Assembly (NCBI GenBank): GCA_964187785.1
Contig: OZ076413.1
Location: forward strand, 42,782,001 to 42,846,000
Source: Amphiscolops sp. MND2022
Taxonomy: Eukaryota
DNA length: 64,000 nt
Direction of reading: 5' to 3'
Shown here: positions 1 to 12,000 of the stretch, in pieces
Numbering within the stretch: the first letter of the stretch is position 1
Layout: the number at the start of each line of letters is the position of its first letter
Translations under genes and position numbers: made by a program
The notes under the pieces: model-generated
Told to the model about the DNA's origin: nothing
The model's database searches: none
Seen by the model: the letters and a program-made list of their open reading frames with translations, nothing else

Positions 1-23
1 CAACATTGACGAAAATGACAACG
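1..23 (+). CDS. Cadherin exon (5'-partial), NIDENDN
   Basis: xDEN motif, donor G|GTAAAT, phase 1 matches next exon. Confidence 0.7.
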
Positions 24-3000
24 GTAAATTTAAAACAGTGGTCGTACTGACTCAGTAATTTTCACGCGAAATGAAATGTCGGACACTTCATTTGGCGTGA
101 AAATTACTCATTTGGCGTAAAAGTTACATATTTGGAAGAGCGTTCCTTATTTATGTGTAAAAATCATTTACGGGTTTAAAAACTTTTTCTTGTTTCCTTT
201 GAAACCAGGACTTAGAACGTTAATTACCCCAATCCACCGGGGTGGACTTCGAATAAGGACCTTAGTTGAAATTGCATGAAATTTTTACATGCTTTTTACA
301 TGCAGCGTATTTTTCCATAAAACGTAGAAAATGCAGTGAACTCCGGGTGGTAAATCATGTACAAGTACGCTGCATTTTCCACTACTGCAATTAAATTTGA
401 AAATAGATATCACTACATTACCGACGCGATCACTTTGTATTCACACTTTGTTTTCTCAACTACTCATCTGATGTGATCATCGCTTCTCAAATAGCGCGCT
501 GAACATGTCGCTAGTTTGCAGTTCATTACACAACTGAAGTTATTTTGCATTAATTTAGCGGCAAAACTGATAGCAACTTACTTGCTTTTAAAACTATAAC
601 TGCTGCTTAATGGAACCTGCAAACATTCAAGGCTTAACATTGCCGTCGATGAATTTTTCAAGCTGCTTGATAAAAGTAAATACAACAAGGAAATATTTTA
701 GCGTGAAAGTTTCCGTAAAAATTTTAGAAAATCATATGACAAAAATAAATTACATGCAAAAAGTTAAAGCAGTCTCAACAAGGGCATATATACTTTTGTA
801 TTTCAGCGCACTTTCAGTTACTATCTTCCCATAGCAAGCTATGGTACCATACTTGCAACCAAATAGTCAAGCAATTATTGACTGGCTGCTGTAATTTCAA
901 AGATATCCATGATTCATGAATGAAGAGCCATGTTGCCATGGATGGTCATGGATGAAAACGCATTAAAAAAGTCTTAATTTTTTTTATTTTGGTAAAAGAG
1001 ACGCTCTCAAACACCACTAAAATAGAAATAGGAGAACTGAACTAAAAAAACCAAACTCTTTCTATATTTTCCACGCTATTAATCTGATTCAACAAGTTGA
1101 CTTGAAAAACACTTTTCAAACTACGAAATTTCTTTATTTAGGTATTTTCCCATTTTTTGCAGGAAACTTTTTTGTAAAACAAAATTCGTTCCATAAGAAC
1201 GGTGGTTAATCGTTTTTTGCAAAAATGCATAAATTATCACATACTTACTAGAAGCTTCCTTGGTTAACAAAACATGTAGCTTTCTGACATGGATCTTCAT
1301 GGATGAAACATGGGTTCTCATCAGAGCCATGATCATGGATAATTAGCCATAAATCGAATGTAATGAAAGTCACCATGGATAATTAGCCATGATTCGAATG
1401 TGATGAAAATCACTATGGATGATTAGCCTTGATTCGAATGTAATGCCATGAAAGAGTCATGATCATGGATGAAAAGCCGAGAATGAATCAAGATGGAAAC
1501 AAGGCCAAGTTTTTGCGTTTTCGCAGAACTATCGTAATACGATTTGCATGGAGGGTCAACACGGGCAAAAATCTCGAAAAACCGATCAAAAATGACAGTC
1601 CAAGTGTGACGAAGATTGATTTTTGATCATAGATTTGGTTTCAGGTGCTCTGGTAGCTGACGGTACAACCACAGATATTTGCATAACTTGCACAGATGGG
1701 GACGCCACAGCTCCTTTCAACCTGGACAGCACAGTGTACAAAATAACTTCCATAAATGGCGACAGTGGGGATACAAGTTTCGCACTGGACTACACTCAGG
1801 GGGCGTGTCAGTTCGGGATTAAAATGAATAGGTGTGTTCCAATATGCAAATGTTTTGGTCTCAACTGAGAGTTGAACTGCTGGGTATATTTTCAAAAGGA
1901 ACTAAACACACAACCAAATAGAGTAGGTTGCTAAACTTAGCGACTTGCAAAGTTTTCAAACGTTTCCACAATCTAAACATTTTGCACTAATTTTCGATTG
2001 AACTTTCTATCGAAAAGGAAAGAACTAACTGACTGTGGAAACGATGTATCCGAGGAAAATATCTTGAACTAATTTTAATTCATATTCAATATGTTCTATT
2101 TTTAATAGAGCTCTCAGCTACGAAGACGGAATTGACGAATTCATTGTTGAGGTCACAGCAACTGACATGTCAGATGAATCAGACGAAGCACTCAGTTCGG
2201 TTGTACTCGTGGTAATCAACCTGAATGACGTCAACGAAGATGACCCAGTTCTGGTCAAACCCAGTTCGGGGTCAGTCACGGTCACCATCGACGAGAACAT
2301 CTCACGGGGGGCAACAGGTTATAACACGTCATGCATCTCAATCTTAGCAAGATTCCTGCATGATATTTGAAATGAATACATTATTTGCAGGAATCTTGCA
2401 AAATTCTACTAAGGCTTCTTCAAAAAATTGATTAAATGGCAAGACCTTGTGAAATTTTCACAAGATGATTCCAAAGAATTTGAGTAAATATTATCAAAAT
2501 TAAAACGAAAAACAGATTTTGACTGATAAAAAATGGAATCCAATCCAGCATTTACAGATATTTCATAACTATTCATGTAAAAAAAACACATCCATTTTTT
2601 TGTCATTGTAGTTTATGTGGTGGAAGCTGTTCAGTTGCTAGACAAGTTGACGCCAGTGACGTATGAGATCAGCTCGAACAGTCCGTTCATCAAAGGTTTC
2701 AACTCAGCGGGTACTGCCACGAACCAGCCCAACGCATTCGAGATAACCACCAACACAGGCGAGATCTTGGCCAACACAGAGTTTGATCACAACATATTTG
2801 TCAAGTAACTATTAGAGGCCTAGAAGTTCCTAGAAAAATTCGAGAGGCAGAAACTTTGAATAGTTGCACCAATGTTTCCGTTTTGAGTCTAGCCTAATAA
2901 GATCTTTTCCGACAGTATCGGAGAACTCCAAAAACACTATTTCTGAGCAAATTAAATCAATTTATGACACAAAGCCGGAAATTCATAAAGGTTCACACAA

Positions 3001-6000
3001 CTGAAGAATAACATCATCTAATTAATTTGATCACTTCTTTGTTTTTCGCAAATCAATTTCTAAGGTTTTGAAAAAAATAAGTTCGCTATTGCCATTGCAA
3101 AAGCCACTATCGAATTTACATTAACTACGAAATTCGTTTGTGGAGTTTGAAGATACACATTTCGCTTTTACAGAGAAAAAAAATCGGATTTTAAAGGAAA
3201 AGAAGCTTTTTACACTTTTTAAAAAACTTTATTTTCGTATTCAAAACTGTGGCTGCGTGTCGGGTCATCACAGCTTAAGTTTGTTCACACAAATTGATCA
3301 ACATAAATTGTTTTAGAAAACCGAAAAATAATAAAAGCCAAGTGACAATGAAAAATGAAAAAAGTTTGAGAAGCTTTAGTATTTTTCTCATTATGTATGT
3401 TCTCATCAAATTTTTATTTATTCATCTGTGGATACTTCAATCCTCGTGCAAATTTTGACAGGTACGTGATGGAGGTGATAGTAACAGACACCCAGGGCAC
3501 ATTGGGTAGTCAAGTAACGGCCACAGTGACAGTCTCCATAGCAGACATGAACAACCATCGCCCTGTCTTTGCCACCAACTATGCTGAGGACGTGGCTGAA
3601 AATTCCGCTAAAGGTTAACTTGCTTTAGATGAAATTTATCCTTGCAGCTTATCATTCCTTGCTAAAATAGGGATCGAATATCGATTATGTTGAATGCCGG
3701 AGTTTCTCAAATATTTTGGGATTTTTGTCGGAGTAAGACGCATGACGAAAATGCAATTTTCAAAATTCTATTGTGCGTTTGAAAAACATACATACGGAAA
3801 CTTCTACCAGGATATTCTTTTCTGAGGTTCCCCAGTAGCCTTGCCAAGATTTTAAGACAATCTTGGGGGAGATCTAGCAAAGATCTTGCTGTTGTAAGCA
3901 TTTTGCCACGGCAAAATCTTATCAAGGCAGGAACGTTCCCAAAAAAATCTTAATAAGGCCCAAAACTGCATAATTGTTGAAAAAAGAAACATGAAAAATG
4001 TTACAGGAAAAATAATTTGAAATAAAAACCTGAGGACTAAAGTGAAGACAGAACCAAACTGCACGGGGAACTGTTTTATGAACTCTTAGTCAAAATTTTG
4101 AAATTTTTGCATTTTGCTCATCTAGGTAAGATTCGATCTTGGAAATGAACCATCTTGGTTAGATCTTAGTAAAATTTTTGCCATGGGATCCGTGACAGTC
4201 AAACTTCGAGGATCAACCCGGGATTCCATCCAAAATAGGAGGTTTGAGGAGCATGGTGTAGTGGTTAGAGCATCCGCCTGCACTGGGATGGTATCAGTTT
4301 CGAATCTCTCTCAATTTGAGCTTGCTACGGTGAATTAACATCCGAAAAGGGCGCCCACTTATAAAAGCAGATCTGCTTATTCGGCGTGTCCACCCCGCGG
4401 AATTGGGAAAACCAAATCTCTTCTTTATACTTTTTTGAATATTCAAGAATGCATTTAGTTCTGGGTTTTTCGATGAAAAGTTCATTGCTCTAATAGATGA
4501 AAGATATTGACTTTGATAATTTAATCAAATCCATCTGAATCAACAGTCACGCCTCCTTTTTTGGTAATCTTTCAGGAATAGGGAAATTAACCCTTTCTTC
4601 TTAAATAATGACATTTGATGCTGTGCAACAACTTGTCTGTGCCGACAAGCAAATTTTTGAAAATGAATATGTGATTTATATGTGATTTGCAATGTGACGT
4701 CATCTCCATCCAGGCACTGTGGTGGGTACGATCGAGGCCACTGACGACGATGAGCCCCCAAACTCCAATCTGGAGTTCTACATCGAAAGTGGGAACCTAG
4801 ACAACATGTTTGAACTGCAGACCAATGGAAATGCAAACCAACGAGAAGTCGTGTTCGCTCAATCAAGTCAGTCACGTGGTATTGTTTGGCCTTCACCGAA
4901 CGAAATCGTTATATAACTAATTAACCTTGAACGCTAAAATTAGATTAATAGAATTCGAAACAGAAAAAGTTGAAACTGACGCTTTTTTAAATGAATGCAA
5001 GCATTTTAGAGAATAACCCCTTTCTGGATTACAATTTTCACGTTCAAACCATTGATGGTGTCTGAAATTACGTGGAAACATCACTCGATCGATATAAAAT
5101 AAATGATGTTTTGTTTTTCTTCAAATTGTGGTTTATCCAAATGTAGATTTTTAATGAATATTTTCATGGTCAAGGCATTGGTTGAATCTGAAATTGTGAA
5201 AACATAACTTGATCGAAATAAACTGAATGATAATTCGTTTTTTTAGCCGGCGCTTTTTGTAGAAAAATGCAGACTATAGTTGTGACTTTTCTTTTTTTCT
5301 TTTTTAGACCAACGAAGTGACAGATTTTATAAGCTTTATAAGCTGGATTCCACTAACTGCCACACTAATGTAGCTTCTTCTGCTTCTAATTTTTTGGAGG
5401 ATTTTTTGAGGTCTGCCAAGCAGAAGGACGGGTTATATGGCAATATGTGACTTACCGGAGACCAAAAAAATCGAATTTTTTTTTAAAAAATCGGATTTTT
5501 TTCAATTTTTTCCTCACGCGGGTACTGTAGAAGAGAATACTTGACACTTTGAAGTCCTTTTGCTATTTTTGAGCCTTAGATATGGTGCCGACTTGGGCCG
5601 TTCCCTGCTTGTTTTATTTATGATTTATCACGAAATTTATGATTTATCCAAATTTAGGCTTCATGATGATTGTTTGAACTTGCTTTTAGCATCTGACTGT
5701 GAAACGAAGTCAGAGTACGAGCTGATCATCATAGCCATCGACCAGGCAGAGGTCGGTCAGAGGTTATCTGCCACGACGACCTTTGCGGTGGAAATCACGG
5801 GTACCAATGAATTCTACCCCCAATGGGACGCCTCCAGTGACACCCAGGCCACTGTGAACGAAGGAACAGCGACAAGTGGCTCCGTGGTTGCGACAGTTCT
5901 CGCCACGGACGATGACAGGGATGTCAAAATAGTATTTGAACAGACTTCACCCAACTTCTTGTTCGAATATACACTTAGGAAAAGAGATAAACTCTGGACC

Positions 6001-9000
6001 AAAAGTAGTGAACAAAATAGTGACTGATATTGCAAAAAGTAAACAAATATTCAAAGTTGTAAAAACTAGGAACGTGAATGTCAAAAATTGTCAAAATCAA
6101 AGCGCCGGGTTTCCAACCGAAATTGGAAATTGAGAAACGCTTTAACACTTTCAATTCGACGATCGCTTTTCATTAATTTTTTGATCAAAAAGGTAGACAG
6201 TTTTCCTTGAACCAGCGACTTGCCAGAGATGACACGGGCCTAAATGATATTTGGTGATTGATACTGCAAACGTTTTTCAAACGATACGCATTGATTCTGT
6301 TTCTTCATAGTAACAAAATTTCTACATTACGTGAAATAATAGCTACATGATAAAAACTGCGAAATAGCATTGAAAACATCCCTGAATGATAACAGTTGCG
6401 ACACTCACGGTGACGTCATATACGAAATAGATTCTCAGACGTCCACACCAGCCGGGTTCAACACTTTGTATGCTGTGGATAAATTGACGGGAGAAGTGTA
6501 CTTAACACAGGAGTTGGATCGAGAAAAAGGTTGGAACTCCAAGTTGAAGTGACAAAAATCAGTCGATGGTGCGACTCGAACTAACTACCGTCTTGTTGCG
6601 AGTAACATTCGCTAATTTTAAAATTGAATTACCATAGGCTTCCACTGTTTTTCAATAAAAATGTTTGAATTTAACAACGAAAAATCAAATGTTTACATAA
6701 CTCCATAAAACTTAATAAAGCTATGGGAACATGAGGACTCCTACAAGAAACTGAACTTACATCTCAAGTGTAAGTTCGTAGTGAAATATATTCATTTTTA
6801 AAACACCATTGACAAGTCGATATAAATCATTCTGAATGATTTTTTTTAAAAATAAAAAGAAAAATTTTATTTTGGAATTTGGGAGATTTTCACAATCTGT
6901 CATACAGTTTCATCAATCCCTTTTAAAACTCGGTTAAGCGTCAAAGTATCCTAAATCGAAATCGGTCCTTGCTTGAAATCCAAACAAGTTTTTCAAATTC
7001 GTATTTCTTTGCCGCTTGCCAGTGGTGGATTGTCTTTGAATTTCATTACTGGTAGGGTCACGGTGTGTGAACGTGGCCAATCTTGTTTCAAGGAATCATG
7101 AATCTTTTACTCAGGAGAAGCAAACGTTACAGCAAACCAACAACCTAACCTGACCTTTGATGTTTCTTTTGTGCAGTTGAGAGTTCGGAGCTGGTAATGA
7201 AGGCATGTGACATGAACGGGGTGACCTCCGCCGACAAGAAATGCTCCACCGCCACACTGGTGATTTCGGTCAATGACCTCGATGACAACAACCCTCTGTG
7301 CACAGCTGCCAGTGCATCGACCACCATCTCCGAAGCCATTCCAGTCTCATCTACTGTGATGATACTCGCTGATATGTGCTCAGGTTATTAAAATCGAAAG
7401 TTCTAGAATATTCTGGAATGTTCGTTTGGTTTCATGGCGTCCGCTACTCCAATGGTGGATTAAAAACACGTACTAAAAATTCATTCAATCCCATCGATAG
7501 TCATCAGTTGCCTTCGATGTGGTCTCAATTGACGCCAAGCACGTTCAACAAGTTGTGACCACTGAGAAGTTTTTTTAGGAATGTGTTTATTGAAAATTCT
7601 GTGATCAATATACAAAAACTTAGTAACTGTGAACTTAGTACCTAACCTAACTTAGTCAAATTCACATCTCGAAAGCCTTGAGAGTTTAAAAAAATTATCT
7701 TATACCATTAGGTACCACTGTAGACGATCTATAAAAATTCTAGAATGGTCTCCAATGATAGAAAACAAACAAGCCGGGTGCGTCCCAAGTTAGCGCTATA
7801 TCTGAGGCTCAAAAAATTATATGAAATTTTTGGGAAAAAATCGATAATGTTATACAAGAAATGAAAACGTTATATCCGAACTTTGAAAAGGTTATATCCG
7901 AACTTTGGAAACGTTATTTCGCCAACTATTGAACGTTATTGAAAACACCCACTATTTCGCAACAGTAATTGCACCTTTACCTGGTTTCAATTTTACCCTT
8001 ATTCAGACTTGGACGCCACCGAGCAGTTCGGAACCTTAGCTTATACTCTGAGCCCTGCAATCACTCCTTTTGCCATCGAATCAGCTACAGGCAGAATCTA
8101 CGTCTCCTCAACTGGTCTAGACTACGAAACTACCAAATCCTACTCCACTAACGCGATCGTGTCGGATGGTACTGTTCCGGACACCACGGTCGCAATCACC
8201 ATTTTCATCACTGGGTCAAACGAGTTCGCACCCAAGGCTGACCCCAGTGGAGCCTTGACTCCTGCCAGTCCAGCAGACGTGCTGGAAAGTACACCCACAG
8301 GAAGCAAAGTTGCCACGTTGAATTTCGTGGATGATGATGATGGAATCGATGGTTAGAAAATAATTGACGATTGAGAAACATTCAAATTTTTGGTTTTTCA
8401 TTTTTTTATCATCACCTCAAACTATCCAGTGGTATCCATTGACCGTGTTTGTTATAATGGTATGCTTGAAAGTTTTTTTGAAGTTTTGTCAATTTTGATT
8501 GTTTATTTTTGTTTTAAAAATTTCTTCATGAAGTTTTTCTCTCAAGTTTCTACGTCCAAGTTAGAATTTTGGAGATATGACTCGACTTTATCAAGCTCGA
8601 CAGCTTTATCGATTCAATAACAAATTTACCTTGAACTACTGGGGACAGAGAATTTCAAGATTCTGGTAACTTCTTTTTAAAAAATTAAAAATTGTTATTG
8701 ATATCTAGATATTATGATGTTATGCATTTTTTACCTTTTTAGGAGAACTTCTCTGCACTCTTTACAACGGAACTGAATTTTTCGAAGTTGATCCCTTCAC
8801 GTGTGAAATCTTCCTGATCAAAGAACTGGATTACGAAACTAGTCCAATTTGTTACGAGCTGCTGGCTAAAATCTACGACCGCCCAAGTAACCCAAACGCT
8901 GTTAAACATGTCGATTATTCTTTTGAACTCTGCAAAACTGATGATAACGACAATACCCCCATATGCGATCCACCTTCGTACGTTGCTTTCATGGATGACG

Positions 9001-12000
9001 AAATACAAGCGAACACAGTTATTACGTCATTGTCGTGTACCGACGCCGATTCGGCGACCAATAACAACAACGCAATTTTCTACCAAGTTGTGACCCAAAA
9101 TCCTGTTCCTGTTGGCTTCAACTTCCTGGCTAGAACCGCTGGCACTTCTGATCCAGGTCCAGATATTTTCGTGAGCGCAATTGTCGATCTGGATACAAAG
9201 CCAGTTGTTTTCTACGAGCTGGATGTGAAAGTGGCTGATCAGTTAAATGTAGGTGGAAGCGTGAAATCCATTCAACCAAATGTGAAAGTTTTCGTGCATG
9301 TAAGAGACATCAATGATTTCGCACCAGTGATTACAGCTCCAACAAACCCAACAACTGTTAATTTTGCTGAAAAAGAGTGTTGTTCTGGAACTACGTTGGT
9401 TGAAACTTTGACAGTGACCGATTCTGATTACACCCATAACGTAGCCAACGTTCCATTTAGCGCCAGTATAGTGTCGGGCAATGAGGCCGAAGTTTTCCAA
9501 ATATACAATGACCCAACTTGGGACGAATTCGAACTTCATGTTGTGAAAACTGTGGATAAAGAAACAACTGATACTTACATTTTGACAATCGAAGTGTTTG
9601 ACGAACCTGACTACCTTGGAACACAAAAAACAGCAACTCTGACCTTGACCGTGTCAATAACTGACCTGAATGACAATGCCATTGCCTGTGACCCCTCAGA
9701 GGTCACGATATCGATCTTGGAGAACTCAAACGGGGATACTGACCTATACCTGCCATGCACAGATGTGGATGGTACGGGTAACATGGTGGCATCATTGACC
9801 TCGAGTTCGACTCCGGCTAATTACGCAACTTACTTTGGATTCGTAGCAGGCAAAGATTATCAAAGCTTAGTTTTCAACAAGACGCCCGCTAAGCACCGAG
9901 ATATTTTCCGCCCTTTTCGCCTTCGCCAACTGAGCCATAGCTGTTTTGGGAGGAGGGAATAGGATCTAAAGAATAAGATCTAAAGTTTGGTGATTTCAGA
10001 TCTTATTCCCTTTAGTTCTTATTCCCGTCCTGAAATTTTAGATTTTATTCCCGTCCTGAAATTTTAGATCTTATTCCCTTTAGATCTTAATCCCTTTTTT
10101 GACTTTAGATAATATTCCCCTTTTAAGATTCTATTCCCCCCTCTCGATGGAGATACTCAAGTGGATGAAGATAGTCAAGTGGAGTTTTGGCAGAATTTGG
10201 AAAAAAAACGCATCACCGATCATGATTTTCCTCCCCCATTTATAAAATGTGGGGTCGGAAAGTAATAAATCAATTTCCATTCCAACAAACAATCGTGGGC
10301 TACAGCTCAATTTTAGGTTCATTTTAGGCGTTTTTTTTTTCAAAAAAAATCTGACTTTTGATTTAAACGTTTGCTGTTTGTTTTTTCTTTGAGCTCGTAA
10401 TATTCATGTTCACGAAAACAAAATTGATAATTCTTGCAAACTTGCATAAAACAATCAAAATTTGAGACGAGCTTGCCTTTTAGGGGCGTTTTGGGATCTG
10501 AAACAAATTTCAGATTTCTCTAGAAAAAGTGCAAGTGGCAAAAATCAATTTGGGGAGGCAGAAATTTCGTCGTCAGAAATATCGTCGTCAGAAATATCGT
10601 CCTCAGAAATATTGTCGTCAGAATTTTCATCGTATTGATTATAATTTACAGCGTTCACGAAAAGATATCATTTGAATCATTCAATTATTTAATTACTAGA
10701 ATGAGATCTTAAGAACAAGGTTCAAAAAGACACCAAAATTGAGTAAAAAGTTATTTCAATTCAATCAACTTCTGAAGACGCTTTTTGAGCAACGGTATAA
10801 TTTCAGTCCTGAACTATTTTACTGATGTGCGTTCATTTCACCCCATGATCATTTCATCCCAGTGATTTTTTTAGTTTGGATTTTCAAAATTTTAATAGCG
10901 CTTTGTTTACAAATGTTATGATTTTGAAAAACCAAAATTATAAATTTTTTTCGCTCTGGAGCTCTTTTTTGCTTGGAGCAATTTAAGCTTGTTCCACTGT
11001 GAATTTTTTCTTTTTTGTCAGAAAATTTGCTTCAAGTGTGGAAACAACTTCTTGTTGGATGATAAGAAACAAAGTGTTTCTGGGGGCGGGGGTGGAGTGA
11101 TGGTCCGAAACTTTTTCTCTCAAAACTATAACTAATGGTAGTTCTAAGTAGTCAATGATAGCACTATTAACGATAATCTTGAAGATAATTATCAAGACTC
11201 GATAATTATTAGGACTCAATAATAATAAACTATTCCTAATAGAATATATGAAATGGGACGTTTTATAGAACGTAATTACTGACGACGAAATTTCTGACGA
11301 CGAAATTTCTGACGACGAAATTTCCGACGGCGAAATTTCTGACGACGAAATTTCCGACGACGAAATTTCTGACGACGAAATTTCCGACCACGAAATTTCT
11401 GGCGACGAAATTTCTGGTAATCTCAATTTGCACTCGGTGATATTCATTATTCGTACCCATAAAATTAGGTGGCAATTCAAATCCGGAAAGTTTCAGATTT
11501 TGATATGCCTCAGTTCATTTTACCTGCAAAGACGTCATCAAATTTATAGTCACTCAAAGGTTAAGTCTTTTCAGTCACGTTTCAAACTGCAAACTAGCGT
11601 CATTTCAACGTGCTTTTTGAGTAGTGGTGAATTAAATAGATGAATAATAGTAAAGAACTCGAAGTTTAAATAGAACGTGATCGTCTTGGCAACGAAGCGG
11701 GAAATATCTCATGAATAGAACCTGATTTGTCTTGGTAACGAAGCGGGAAATATATAAGATTGGTTTCATTAGTTGTGACTGAAGGAAGCACGATTTGCCA
11801 GATGAAGCATCTTGATTCAGCTAGATTTTTTAAAAACAATTACCTTGCATGTAGACATGTAGCATGCAAAAAGTTCCAATCGTCTGGACTAGGGTGCAGG
11901 TGAAATTTTCCCAATCCTCGTTCATGGCGGTGCGGATGTGAATCAACGTTTTACATTTAGCTAGCCCTCTCAATCATTCGAAAAAAGATGGAATGAATGT

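Noticed and set aside
4248..4312. Functional tRNA gene
   Set aside because: Acceptor and T stems do not pair; kept only as SINE-like
6560..6615. Minus-strand tRNA-like B-box (also an A-box-like piece near 19403)
   Set aside because: Only partial boxes, no cloverleaf
10983..11480. EISSS-repeat protein
   Set aside because: Translation of a 15-bp tandem repeat
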